Source: Eubacterium sp. CAG:252
GTDB lineage: Bacteria > Bacillota > Clostridia > Lachnospirales > Lachnospiraceae
Length of the DNA stretch: 64,000 bases
Direction of reading: 5' to 3'
Assembly (NCBI GenBank): GCA_000436535.1
Contig: FR886343.1
Span: forward strand, 26,691-90,690
Part shown: one piece after another, positions 38,471-47,884 of the stretch
How the letters are laid out: every line of letters begins with the position of its first letter
Numbering within the stretch: position 1 is the first letter of the stretch
Translations under genes and position numbers: made by a program
The notes under the pieces: model-generated
Database searches by the model: none
Told to the model about the DNA's origin: nothing
Seen by the model: only the letters and a program-made list of their open reading frames with translations

Positions 38471-38664
38471 GATACCAGGGTCAAAAGGTCTAAACCCACA
38501 TGAGCTTGCTCATAGGTGGGTGAATGACCTTGGGACCCGCCCCAATATGAGCATAAAAGTGGGATGACAGTCCCACGATATGCGAATATTGGGCAGGATT
38601 GTGGGAGTGCGCAGCACGGAACAATCCGTAGGTATCATAGTTGGGGGCTTTTGACCCCAATATC
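38471..38664. repeat. Copy B of the repeated structured intergenic element, bounded by short inverted repeats
   Basis: The core at 38537-38646 is about 88% identical to 31507-31613. It is flanked by GGGTCAAAAG (38478-38487) and CTTTTGACCC (38648-38657). It occupies the infB-rbfA gap, where B. subtilis has ylxP. Confidence 0.6.
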
Positions 38665-38710
38665 TTACAAAATATGAATTATAATAAAGTGTCAGAAAAA
38701 GGGGAGCATA

Positions 38711-39100
38711 ATGCGTAAAAACAGTGTTAAGAATACCCGTATCAATGGCGAGGTATTAAAAGAACTTAGCAATATTATCCGCAGCGAAATCAAGGATCCA
38801 AGAATTAATCCTATGACTTCGGTTGTATCCGTTGAGGTAGCACCTGACCTTAAGACATGTAAGGCATATATAAGTGTTCTGGGTGACGAAAAGTCACAGC
38901 AGGATACTATTGCTGGTCTTAAGAGTGCAGAAGGATATATAAGAAGAGAGCTTGCAAGAACAGTTAATCTTCGTAATACTCCTGAGATTAAGTTTATACT
39001 TGACCAGTCAATAGAATACGGAATAAATATGTCTAAGCTTATAGATGAAGTTACAAAAAAAGATGATGAGAGTCATAAGAATTCAGACGAAAACATTTAA
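38711..39100 (+). CDS. rbfA: Ribosome-binding factor A
   Basis: RINGEVLKELSNIIRSEIKDPRI...VEVAPDLKTCKAYISVLG conserved RbfA KH-like domain; RBS AAGGGGAG. Confidence 0.9.
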   Translation: MRKNSVKNTRINGEVLKELSNIIRSEIKDPRINPMTSVVSVEVAPDLKTCKAYISVLGDEKSQQDTIAGLKSAEGYIRRELARTVNLRNTPEIKFILDQSIEYGINMSKLIDEVTKKDDESHKNSDENI

Positions 39101-39133
39101 AATGTGACTGTTATAAGAATGGAGAATAAGAAT

Positions 39134-40093
39134 ATGAATGTGATTGAGGAATTAAAGGGTGCACATATTGTCGGAATAACAGGACATATAAGACCAGATG
39201 GTGATTGTACAGGTTCTACACTTGCATTATATAATTATTTAAAGAAAAATGCGCCGGATATGGATGTATCAGTATATCTTGAACAGCCGGGAATAGAATT
39301 CTCATATCTTAGTGGATATTCAGATATAAAGAATACATTAGAAAATGGCAGGGAGTTTGATGCATTTGTTGTGCTTGACTGTAGTTCTATAGACAGAATA
39401 GAGCCTTTTGCGGCAGGTTTTGACAGTGCCAAGAAGACTATATGTATAGACCATCATATAAGCAATGACAGCTTTGCAGATATCAATGAAGTAAGACCTG
39501 ACGCAAGTTCGGCATGTGAAGTGCTTTATGATACACTTGATGAAGAGAAGATAGACAAGGCGGTCGCTGAGTGTATATATACTGGAATTATACACGATAC
39601 AGGAGTGTTCAAGTATAGCTGCACATCACTCCACACTATGGAGATAGCTGGAAAGATGATGCAGATGGGAATTGATTATTCTGATATAATTGATAACAGC
39701 TTTTATAAGAAGACATATGTACAGAACCAGATACTTGGAAGGGCACTTCTTGAGAGTGTGCTTTTCTATGACGGCAGATGCATATTCTCAAGTGTAACAA
39801 GAGATGAAATGGACTTCTATGGCGTCACAGGCAGGGAGCTTGGTGGCATAATAGAGCAGTTAAGGCTTACAGAGGGCGTTGAGGTGGCTATATTCCTGTA
39901 TGAAACAGGTGATAATGAATATAAGGTCAGCTTAAGGTCTAAGAAGGATATAGATGTAAGCCAGATAGCTGTAAGCTTTGGCGGTGGCGGTCATGTAAGA
40001 GCTGCTGGTTTTTCAGCTAAAGGAACAGTGCATGATATAATTAACAGAATCGGTGCAATGATAGAAGGACAGTATTCTAAGATACAGGATTAA
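39134..40093 (+). CDS. nrnA: DHH/DHHA1 phosphoesterase, NrnA-like bifunctional oligoribonuclease/pAp phosphatase
   Basis: DHH motifs (ITGHIRPDGDCTGS, DHH at CIDHHI) and DHHA1 GGGGH at the C-terminus. The ATG at 39134 follows GGAGAA. Confidence 0.8.
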   Translation: MNVIEELKGAHIVGITGHIRPDGDCTGSTLALYNYLKKNAPDMDVSVYLEQPGIEFSYLSGYSDIKNTLENGREFDAFVVLDCSSIDRIEPFAAGFDSAKKTICIDHHISNDSFADINEVRPDASSACEVLYDTLDEEKIDKAVAECIYTGIIHDTGVFKYSCTSLHTMEIAGKMMQMGIDYSDIIDNSFYKKTYVQNQILGRALLESVLFYDGRCIFSSVTRDEMDFYGVTGRELGGIIEQLRLTEGVEVAIFLYETGDNEYKVSLRSKKDIDVSQIAVSFGGGGHVRAAGFSAKGTVHDIINRIGAMIEGQYSKIQD

Positions 40094-40132
40094 GACAGAT
40101 ATGTTTTTTAGAATAAAGGAGAGCTGAACGGT

Positions 40133-41050
40133 ATGAACGGTATTATTAATGTATATAAAGAAAAAGGATTTACTTCGCATGATGTAGTTGCAAAGCTGAG
40201 GGGAATTCTTCATATGAAAAAAATCGGGCATACCGGAACGCTTGACCCGGATGCGGTGGGAGTTCTTCCGGTATGTCTTGGCAAGGGTACAGGTCTTGTG
40301 TCTATGATAACGGACTGGACTAAGACATACGAAGCGGTTATGCTGCTTGGAACTACCACGGACACCCAGGATACAAGCGGAACTGTATTGACCCAGTCGG
40401 CTGTTGAAGTCGATGAGAGAACTGTGCTTGAGGTATGCAGCCAGTTTGAAGGTGAGTATGACCAGATACCGCCTATGTATTCAGCTCTTAAGGTGAATGG
40501 AAAGAAGCTTTATGAGCTTGCAAGAGCAGGTGTTGAGGTTGAGAGAAAGCCAAGAAGAGTTGTCATCAACTCTCTGAGGGTAAATGATATTAATCTTGAA
40601 GATGATGTAAAAACAGTCACAATTACGGTTGACTGTTCAAAGGGGACATATATAAGAACGCTGTGTGATGACATTGGAAAGAAGTTAGGCTGTGGAGCCT
40701 GTATGATGTCGCTTAAAAGAACAAGGGTCGGGGATTTTGTAATTGATGATACACTGACACTTAACCAGATAGCAGCGCTTGCGTTAAAAGGTGAGATAGA
40801 AGATTATATTGTAAGCATAGACGAGATGTTTTCAGATTATAGAAAGCTGACAGTTGATGCTGTCTATAACAGACTGCTTTATAATGGAAACAAGCTTCCT
40901 CTTGAGGCTATTGTAAGTGATGGCGGTGAGTTTCTTGATATGGAAAAGTTCAGAATATATGATGCCGAAGGAAGCTTTGTCGGTATATATAAGTATATAG
41001 GAGGACAGTTTGTCCTTGAAAAAATGTTTTATGATAATTCAGATACCTGA
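40133..41050 (+). CDS. truB: tRNA pseudouridine-55 synthase TruB
   Basis: GIINVYKEKGFTSHDVV...KIGHTGTLDPDAVGVLPV catalytic Asp motif; C-terminal PUA-like domain. Confidence 0.95.
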   Translation: MNGIINVYKEKGFTSHDVVAKLRGILHMKKIGHTGTLDPDAVGVLPVCLGKGTGLVSMITDWTKTYEAVMLLGTTTDTQDTSGTVLTQSAVEVDERTVLEVCSQFEGEYDQIPPMYSALKVNGKKLYELARAGVEVERKPRRVVINSLRVNDINLEDDVKTVTITVDCSKGTYIRTLCDDIGKKLGCGACMMSLKRTRVGDFVIDDTLTLNQIAALALKGEIEDYIVSIDEMFSDYRKLTVDAVYNRLLYNGNKLPLEAIVSDGGEFLDMEKFRIYDAEGSFVGIYKYIGGQFVLEKMFYDNSDT

Positions 41051-41053
41051 AAG

Positions 41054-41992
41054 GTGGTGCAGACCGGGGTGGAATACATACATGGGACTAAAGATTTCAA
41101 GCTTGAAGGCGCAAGTGCAGTAACACTTGGCAAGTTTGACGGTGTTCATCTAGGACACCAGAAGCTGATATCTATAGTCAGGGAAAAAGCAGAAGAGATG
41201 GGACTTTTGTCAGTTATGTTCACATTTGACAGAATTCCGTTAAGCATATGCCCACAGAAAAATCAGCATTTTCTGTCTACCAATTCTGAGAGAAGGGCTC
41301 TTTGTGAAAAGTATGGACTTGATGTAGAGGTTGAGTATCCATTTACAACAGAGCTTATGAATATGGAGCCGGAAGAGTTTGTTGAGAATATACTGGTTAA
41401 GCAGCTCAATGCGCGTGTCATAGTAGTTGGCACAGATTACTGTTTTGGAAAAAATAGAAGTGGTAATGTTGAGTTTCTTATTGCAAATGCAGTTAAGTAC
41501 GGATATGAAACAATAGTTGTAGAAAAAGAAAAGTTTCAGGATAAGGATATAAGCAGTACATATGTAAGAGAGGAACTAAGGCTTGGACATATGGAAACGG
41601 TCAATGTACTGTTAAACAGACCATATTCGATATCAGGTGTGGTGGCTAAGGGCAATCAGCTTGGAAGAACTATAGATATACCTACAATTAATGTATATCC
41701 TACAGAGATAAAGCTGCTTCCACCTAATGGCGTGTATGCATCTAAGATACTTATCGATAATATCGAATACTACGGAGTGACTAATCTTGGCACGAAGCCG
41801 ACAGTCAGTGACGGATATGAGATAAGTGTTGAAACTAATGTGTTTTACTTTGACAAGGATGTGTATGGAAACAAGGTTGAGGTCAAGCTTCTTCACTTTT
41901 TAAGACAGGAAATGAAGTTTGAAAGTATAGAGGCACTAAAAAAACAGATGGAAAGCGATGCAAGCTTTGCAAGAGAAATGTTTATGTTATAA
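41054..41992 (+). CDS. ribF: Bifunctional riboflavin kinase/FAD synthetase
   Basis: N-terminal FAD synthetase motif LGKFDGVHLGHQ, C-terminal riboflavin kinase domain. GTG start; exact start uncertain. Confidence 0.9.
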   Translation: MVQTGVEYIHGTKDFKLEGASAVTLGKFDGVHLGHQKLISIVREKAEEMGLLSVMFTFDRIPLSICPQKNQHFLSTNSERRALCEKYGLDVEVEYPFTTELMNMEPEEFVENILVKQLNARVIVVGTDYCFGKNRSGNVEFLIANAVKYGYETIVVEKEKFQDKDISSTYVREELRLGHMETVNVLLNRPYSISGVVAKGNQLGRTIDIPTINVYPTEIKLLPPNGVYASKILIDNIEYYGVTNLGTKPTVSDGYEISVETNVFYFDKDVYGNKVEVKLLHFLRQEMKFESIEALKKQMESDASFAREMFML

Positions 41993-42132
41993 GAGCCAAA
42001 TAAAAACAAAAAAGTACTTGATTATATAGTCACTCTATGATATATTATCAACGTATGAGCCGCCACTCAGATTAGGGACACTCCGACCCGCATCTTAGTG
42101 ACAGGTGATTAAAAAACAGGAGGATTATTAGA

Positions 42133-42399
42133 ATGATATCTAAGGAAAAGAAAGCAGAAATTATCGCTAACTATGGAAGAAAAGCAGGAGACACAGGTTC
42201 TCCAGAAGTTCAGATTGCAATCTTAACAGAAAGAATTGCTGAATTAACAGAACACTTAAAGGTTAACCAGAAGGATCATCACTCAAGAAGAGGTCTTTTA
42301 AAGATGGTTGGTAAGAGAAGAGCCTTACTTTCTTACTTAAAGAAGAACGATATCGAAAGCTACAGAAACTTAATCGAGCGTTTAGGAATCAGAAAGTAA
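42133..42399 (+). CDS. rpsO: 30S ribosomal protein S15
   Basis: 88 aa with conserved S15 sequence ([17 protein letters not shown]...[16 protein letters not shown]); RBS CAGGAGGA. A leader of about 100 nt with a candidate promoter (TTGATT-17-TATATT near 42019-42050) lies upstream. Confidence 0.95.
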   Translation: MISKEKKAEIIANYGRKAGDTGSPEVQIAILTERIAELTEHLKVNQKDHHSRRGLLKMVGKRRALLSYLKKNDIESYRNLIERLGIRK

Positions 42400-42404
42400 T
42401 TATA

Positions 42405-42456
42405 AGGGCGGAGTTGTACCTATATCATATGTACAACTTCGCCCTGCTTTGTGTTT
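42405..42456 (+). terminator. Rho-independent terminator after rpsO
   Basis: AGGGCGGAGTTGTAC-ctatatcatat-GTACAACTTCGCCCT, a 15-bp stem, followed by GCTTTGTGTTT. Confidence 0.75.
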
Positions 42457-42674
42457 ATATAGCTGGTGAATACTCAGGCAGTGATATATGCAAAGGTTTC
42501 CAGAAAATAGACAAAGCAACAAAGAGAATAACAGAAGGAATAACCGAGACCACTCAAAAGAATATCATTTTGTGAAATATTAAAGTATTTATTGTTATGG
42601 TGTTTTTTTGAGTTGTTTCGGACCTTCTGTTCAATAACTAAACTAAACAGCCAAAAGGCAGAAACGAGGAAAGC

Positions 42675-44759
42675 ATGTTTAAACAGTACACAATGGAATT
42701 AGCTGGCAGAACATTAAGAGTTGATGTTGGCAGAGTATGTGCACAGGCTAACGGAGCAGCCCTTATGCACTATGGTGATACAGTAGTACTTTCAACAGCT
42801 ACTGCATCTAAGGAACCAAGAGAAGGAATCGATTTCTTCCCACTTAGTGTTGAATTTGAAGAAAAGATGTACGCAGTAGGTAAGATACCTGGCGGTTTCA
42901 ATAAGAGAGAGGGAAAGGCTTCTGAGAATGCTATTCTTACATCAAGAGTAATTGACAGACCTATGAGACCTTTATTCCCTAAGGATTACCGTAACGATGT
43001 TACACTTAATAATATGGTTATGGCAGTAGATCCAGAGTGCCGTCCTGAGCTTGTAGCTATGATTGGCGCTTCTATTGCAACATGTATATCAGATATCCCA
43101 TTTGACGGTCCTTGTGCTATGACACAGGTTGGAATGATTGATGGAGAGTTCATTATCAATCCATCACAGGCACAGTGGCAGGAGGGTGATCTTCAGCTTA
43201 CAGTAGCTTCTACTAAGCAGAAGGTTATTATGATTGAAGCAGGTGCTAATATCATTCCAGAAGATAAGATGATTGAAGCTATCTACATGGCACATGATAT
43301 CAACCAGACAATTATCGCATTTATTGAGAAGATTGTAGCAGAGGTTGGTAAGGAGAAGCACGCATATGAGAGCTGTGCTATTCCAGCAGAAATGTTTGAG
43401 GCAATGAAGCAGGTTGTATCTCCAGAAGAGATGGAAGTTGCTGTATTCTCTGATGATAAGCAGACAAGAGACAAGAACATTGATGAAGTAACTGAAAAGA
43501 TGAAGGAAGCATTTGCTGATAATGAAGAATACTTAGCAGTTCTTGGTGAAGCTATTTACCAGTATCAGAAGAAGACAGTCCGTAAGATGATATTAAAGGA
43601 TCATAAGAGACCTGACGGACGTGCTATTAACCAGATAAGACCTCTTGCAGCAGAAGTTGATATTATTCCTAGAGTTCATGGTTCTGCTATGTTTACAAGA
43701 GGACAGACACAGATATGTGATGTTGTAACACTTGCACCTTTATCAGAAGCACAGAAGGTTGATGGTCTTGATGACAATGTTACAACTAAGAGATATATTC
43801 ATCACTATAACTTCCCTTCATACTCTGTAGGTGAAACAAAGCCTTCAAGAGGTCCGGGACGTAGAGAAATAGGACACGGAGCTTTAGCTGAAAGAGCACT
43901 TATTCCAGTACTTCCTTCAGAAAAGGAATTCCCATATGCTATCCGTGCTGTATCAGAAACATTTGAGTCTAACGGTTCAACATCTATGGCATCTACTTGT
44001 GCATCTTGTATGTCACTTATGGCAGCAGGTGTTCCAATTAAGAGTATGGTTGCTGGTATTTCCTGCGGTCTTGTAACAGGTGATACAGATGATGATTATG
44101 TAGTACTTACAGATATTCAGGGCCTTGAAGATTTCTTCGGTGATATGGACTTTAAGGTAACGGGTACAACAGAAGGTATCACAGCTATCCAGATGGATAT
44201 TAAGATTCATGGTCTTACACGTCCTATCGTAGAAGAGGCTATAAGAAGAACAAGAGAAGCAAGACTCTTTATCATGGATACATGTATGAAGCCAGCTATC
44301 GCTGAGCCAAGAAAGACAGTAGGTGAATTCGCACCTAAGATTATCCAGACATCTATCGACCCAGCTAAGATTGGTGAAGTGGTTGGACAGCGTGGTAAGG
44401 TTATCAATGCTATTATCGAAGAGTGCGGCGTTAAGATTGATATCACAGATGATGGTTTTGTATCAATATGTGGTGTTGAGCAGGCTGGCATGGATAAGGC
44501 TATGAAGTATATCAGAACTATCGTTGATGAATTTGAAGAAGGTAAGATATATGAAGGTAAGGTTGTAAGCATCAAGGAATTCGGAGCTTTCGTTGAGTTT
44601 GCACCTGGTAAGGAAGGTATGGTTCATATATCTAAGATATCTAAGGAAAGAATCAATATGGTAGAAGATGTTCTTACACTTGGTGATGTTGTTAAGTGTA
44701 AGTGCATGGGCAAGGATAAGATGGGAAGAATAAGCTTCTCAATCAAGGATGCCGAGTAA
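42675..44759 (+). CDS. pnp: Polyribonucleotide nucleotidyltransferase (PNPase)
   Basis: 694 aa: two RNase PH domains, then KH and S1 domains (GKVVSIKEFGAFVEF...GMVHISK). Preceded by a leader of about 220 nt after the rpsO terminator. Confidence 0.97.
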   Translation: MFKQYTMELAGRTLRVDVGRVCAQANGAALMHYGDTVVLSTATASKEPREGIDFFPLSVEFEEKMYAVGKIPGGFNKREGKASENAILTSRVIDRPMRPLFPKDYRNDVTLNNMVMAVDPECRPELVAMIGASIATCISDIPFDGPCAMTQVGMIDGEFIINPSQAQWQEGDLQLTVASTKQKVIMIEAGANIIPEDKMIEAIYMAHDINQTIIAFIEKIVAEVGKEKHAYESCAIPAEMFEAMKQVVSPEEMEVAVFSDDKQTRDKNIDEVTEKMKEAFADNEEYLAVLGEAIYQYQKKTVRKMILKDHKRPDGRAINQIRPLAAEVDIIPRVHGSAMFTRGQTQICDVVTLAPLSEAQKVDGLDDNVTTKRYIHHYNFPSYSVGETKPSRGPGRREIGHGALAERALIPVLPSEKEFPYAIRAVSETFESNGSTSMASTCASCMSLMAAGVPIKSMVAGISCGLVTGDTDDDYVVLTDIQGLEDFFGDMDFKVTGTTEGITAIQMDIKIHGLTRPIVEEAIRRTREARLFIMDTCMKPAIAEPRKTVGEFAPKIIQTSIDPAKIGEVVGQRGKVINAIIEECGVKIDITDDGFVSICGVEQAGMDKAMKYIRTIVDEFEEGKIYEGKVVSIKEFGAFVEFAPGKEGMVHISKISKERINMVEDVLTLGDVVKCKCMGKDKMGRISFSIKDAE

Positions 44760-44883
44760 ATAATAATTAATTCAGACATTTAATAATAGATGTAAAAGAT
44801 ATTAGCTGATAAGCGGTTTGACCTGCTGGCTGGACTGCTTATTAGTTATTTATAGTGATTTTAATTATAAGGAGGATACAGCT

Positions 44884-45303
44884 ATGGTAGATCAGAATTG
44901 TGCATACTGTATGGAAGGTGAACTTGTTGCAAAGTTCGGTATTAAGATATGTGAGTTAGAGACATCTAAGGTATATCTTTTCAAGGAGCAGAGCCACCCT
45001 GGAAGATGTATAGTTGCCCACAAGAAGCATGTAGGTGATATGAATGAACTTACAGCAGAAGAAAGAGCTGCTTACTTTGAGGATGTTGCAAGAGTTGCAA
45101 GAGCTATTATGAAAGCATTCAATCCAGATAAGGTTAACTATGGTGCTTATGGAGATACAGGACATCATCTTCACTTCCACCTTTGCCCTAAGTATAAGGA
45201 CGAATATGAGTGGGGTGGAGTATTCCTTATGAATCCAGATAAGAAGTACTTAACAGATGCTGAATATACAGAAATGATAGAAAAGATTAAGGCTAATCTT
45301 TAA
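44884..45303 (+). CDS. HIT-family (histidine triad) protein
   Basis: Histidine triad GHHLHFHL; the ATG at 44884 follows AGGAGGA; the track ORF is over-extended 5'. Confidence 0.8.
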   Translation: MVDQNCAYCMEGELVAKFGIKICELETSKVYLFKEQSHPGRCIVAHKKHVGDMNELTAEERAAYFEDVARVARAIMKAFNPDKVNYGAYGDTGHHLHFHLCPKYKDEYEWGGVFLMNPDKKYLTDAEYTEMIEKIKANL

Positions 45304-45347
45304 TAACTAAAGCAGAGCTTTATAATATTAGTATTTGTCGAAAAATG

Positions 45348-45393
45348 TCGTTATATTGGGTGAAAATTGTACTCAATATAACGATGTTTTTTT
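45348..45393 (+). terminator. Rho-independent terminator after the HIT gene
   Basis: TCGTTATATTG-ggtgaaaattgtact-CAATATAACGA, an 11-bp stem, followed by TGTTTTTTT. Confidence 0.75.
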
Positions 45394-45420
45394 GCATTTT
45401 GTATAAGAGTGTGATATAAT
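45392..45420 (+). promoter_or_regulatory. Candidate sigma-A promoter for the EAL gene (-35 TTGCAT, 17-nt spacer, extended -10 TGaTATAAT)
   Basis: TTGCAT at 45392-45397 and TGATATAAT ending at 45420, about 50 nt upstream of the ATG. Confidence 0.5.
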
Positions 45421-45471
45421 TAACAAAATAAAACGTGAATAACATACAATAAATAATTGGAGAGGCTATTT

Positions 45472-46842
45472 ATGAAACATGCGGGAGATAATGAAGAGAA
45501 AAAAATAACAGCTTCTAAGATTGAGAAAGACGAATTATATCTATATTCACTAAGAAAGATGGCAGACAATAATATTGACAGTAATAAGTCACCACTTACA
45601 GGCTTATATGGAATTAAAGCATTTTTTTATCAGTCCAATGAATTGATTAAGAATAATCCGGATAAGCAGTTTGCTATTATAAGAATGGATATATATCACT
45701 TTAAGACAGTTAATGAATTCTGTGGAAGAGATGAGGCAGACAGGCTTTTAAAGTACATATCAGCATTGTTTACAGAGTATACAGGAGATTATGCGGTTGC
45801 CGGGCATTTCAGGGCTGATATATTTACACTGTGTACAGCCTTTGACAGCCGCGACCAGCTTATAGATATAACTAAGAGCATTAAGAATTCAATAGATAAG
45901 TATGAGATAGCATGTAAGATTATACCAGCATTTGGAATATGCATTAATGATGGAAGCATGGATATAAGTCTTATGTGCGACTATGCAGATCTTGCGTTAC
46001 AGAGGATTAAGGGTAAGGTATTCAGGGTATATGAGTTCTATGATACTGATATGCGTGAGAGGATGCTTTTTGAGAAGAAGATAGAAAATGATGTGCTGCC
46101 GGCACTTAAGAATAACCAGATTAAGCCTTATGTGCAGCCTAAGGTTGATATGAGAACAGGGCGCATAATAGGAGGGGAGGCACTTGTAAGATGGGTGCTT
46201 TCTGACGGAGGTATGGTTTATCCGGATGAGTTTATTCCGGTAATAGAAAAGAATGGTTACGTCCTTGATGTTGATAATTATATGTGGGACAGAGTCTGTT
46301 ATTATATCAAGAAGCTTGAGCAGGAAGGCGTAGAGCCGGTGCCTATATCTATTAATGTATCAAGAATGCACGTATATCAGGATCATTTTATAAGCAGGAT
46401 AAAGAAGCTTACGGATAAGTATAATATAAAGCCGGAGCTTATACCGCTTGAGATTACAGAGAGCGCATTTACCAATGAAGAAAACAGTCTTTACAGAAAG
46501 GTAAAGACACTTCAGAGCTATGGATATAAATTTTCCATGGATGATTTCGGTTCTGGTTATTCATCACTTGGCATGCTTAAGGATGAACATGTCGATGAGG
46601 TTAAGATAGACAAGACCTTTGTTGATGATATAGCCACTGATAAGGGAAAAGTACTTTTAAGCAACGTTATAAGGATGATAAGCGACCTGGGAATAGATAT
46701 GATAGCAGAAGGCGTTGAGACTAAAGAACAGGCTGATTTCCTTGTAGCGCATGGCTGTATGTATGCACAGGGATACTATTATTACAAGCCTATGCCTATA
46801 GAAGAATTTGTATTACTGCTTGAAAAGTCAGCTAAAGAGTGA
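45472..46842 (+). CDS. c-di-GMP phosphodiesterase: degenerate GGDEF domain plus an intact EAL domain
   Basis: The N-terminal domain opens like GGDEF (SPLTGLYG) but has GHFRAD in place of GG(D/E)EF. The C-terminal EAL domain has EALVRW, EITES, DDFGSGYSSL and KIDKTFV motifs. RBS GGAGAGG. Confidence 0.8.
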   Translation: MKHAGDNEEKKITASKIEKDELYLYSLRKMADNNIDSNKSPLTGLYGIKAFFYQSNELIKNNPDKQFAIIRMDIYHFKTVNEFCGRDEADRLLKYISALFTEYTGDYAVAGHFRADIFTLCTAFDSRDQLIDITKSIKNSIDKYEIACKIIPAFGICINDGSMDISLMCDYADLALQRIKGKVFRVYEFYDTDMRERMLFEKKIENDVLPALKNNQIKPYVQPKVDMRTGRIIGGEALVRWVLSDGGMVYPDEFIPVIEKNGYVLDVDNYMWDRVCYYIKKLEQEGVEPVPISINVSRMHVYQDHFISRIKKLTDKYNIKPELIPLEITESAFTNEENSLYRKVKTLQSYGYKFSMDDFGSGYSSLGMLKDEHVDEVKIDKTFVDDIATDKGKVLLSNVIRMISDLGIDMIAEGVETKEQADFLVAHGCMYAQGYYYYKPMPIEEFVLLLEKSAKE

Positions 46843-46895
46843 TAAAATATCTGTCGGCGTATTTTAGATAATTGAGTTAAAAAAGGAGAAATAAA

Positions 46896-47639
46896 ATGTC
46901 AGGACATTCAAAATTTGCTAACATAGCCCATAAGAAAGCTGCTAATGATGCTGCTAAGGGTAAAATATTTACAAGACTTGGTAAGGAGATTATGGTTGCC
47001 GTTAAAGAAGGTGGACCTGATGTTAATAATAATAGTAAGCTAAGACAGGTTGTTACTAAGTGTAAGGCAGCTAATATGCCTAATGATACAATTGACAGAG
47101 CTATTAAGAAGGCTGCAAGCACAGATATGTCTGATTTTGAATCAGTTACATATGAAGGATATGGTCCTAACGGAACAGCTATCATAGTTGAGGCTTTAAC
47201 AGATAATAGAAACCGTGCTGCATCTAACATAAGAAATGCATTTACAAAGGGTGGCGGTAATGTAGGTACACCTGGCTGTGTATCATTTATGTTTGATAAC
47301 AAGGGACAGATAATCGTAGATAAGGAAGAATGTGACAAAGATGCAGACGACCTTATGATGCTTGCTCTTGATGCCGGCGCAGATGATTTTAATGAAGAAG
47401 ATGACTGCTATGAGATAACAACAGCTCCAGATGATTTTGGAACTGTAAGTGATGCACTTTCAAACGAAGGTGTAACATTCGCATCAGCAGAGGTTACTAT
47501 GATACCTCAGACTATGGTTGAACTTACATCAGAAGATGATATTAAGAAAATGAGAAGAATACTTGCACTTCTTGACGAAGAGGATGATGTTCAGAATGTT
47601 TATCACAACTGGGATGAACCAGTAGAAGATGAAGAATAA
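46896..47639 (+). CDS. yebC: YebC/PmpR-family transcriptional regulatory protein
   Basis: MSGHSKFANIAHKKAANDAAKGKIFTRLGKEI is the highly conserved YebC N-terminus. Confidence 0.9.
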   Translation: MSGHSKFANIAHKKAANDAAKGKIFTRLGKEIMVAVKEGGPDVNNNSKLRQVVTKCKAANMPNDTIDRAIKKAASTDMSDFESVTYEGYGPNGTAIIVEALTDNRNRAASNIRNAFTKGGGNVGTPGCVSFMFDNKGQIIVDKEECDKDADDLMMLALDAGADDFNEEDDCYEITTAPDDFGTVSDALSNEGVTFASAEVTMIPQTMVELTSEDDIKKMRRILALLDEEDDVQNVYHNWDEPVEDEE

Positions 47640-47660
47640 TGCTTTAATGTATTGTATTAG

Positions 47661-47704
47661 AGGCAGGCTGGCCCGCTTTTGGGTTCAGCCTGCCTTTCTT
47701 TTTA
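47661..47704 (+). terminator. Rho-independent terminator after yebC
   Basis: AGGCAGGCTG-gcccgcttttgggtt-CAGCCTGCCT followed by TTCTTTTT. Confidence 0.8.
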
Positions 47705-47884
47705 TGCTGTCTATTGTCTAAAGCTTATATATGCCTTATATACACCAGCTGATCAAAATCAGTAAGTGAGTTGGATAATGTAAACTAAACATTTTAGGGT
47801 CTTTTATTTTGAATGATTTAGTGTTATTATTAAAGAAACATTTTGTAATTATCAGGGAAGATAATTATTAAGACGGAGAATATA

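Noticed and set aside
44760-44883. Possible terminator after pnp (GATAAGCGG...CTGCTTATTAG)
   Set aside because: The stem is imperfect, with 2 mismatches, and the U-tract is weak, so it was not called confidently. The HIT gene has its own RBS and probably its own promoter.
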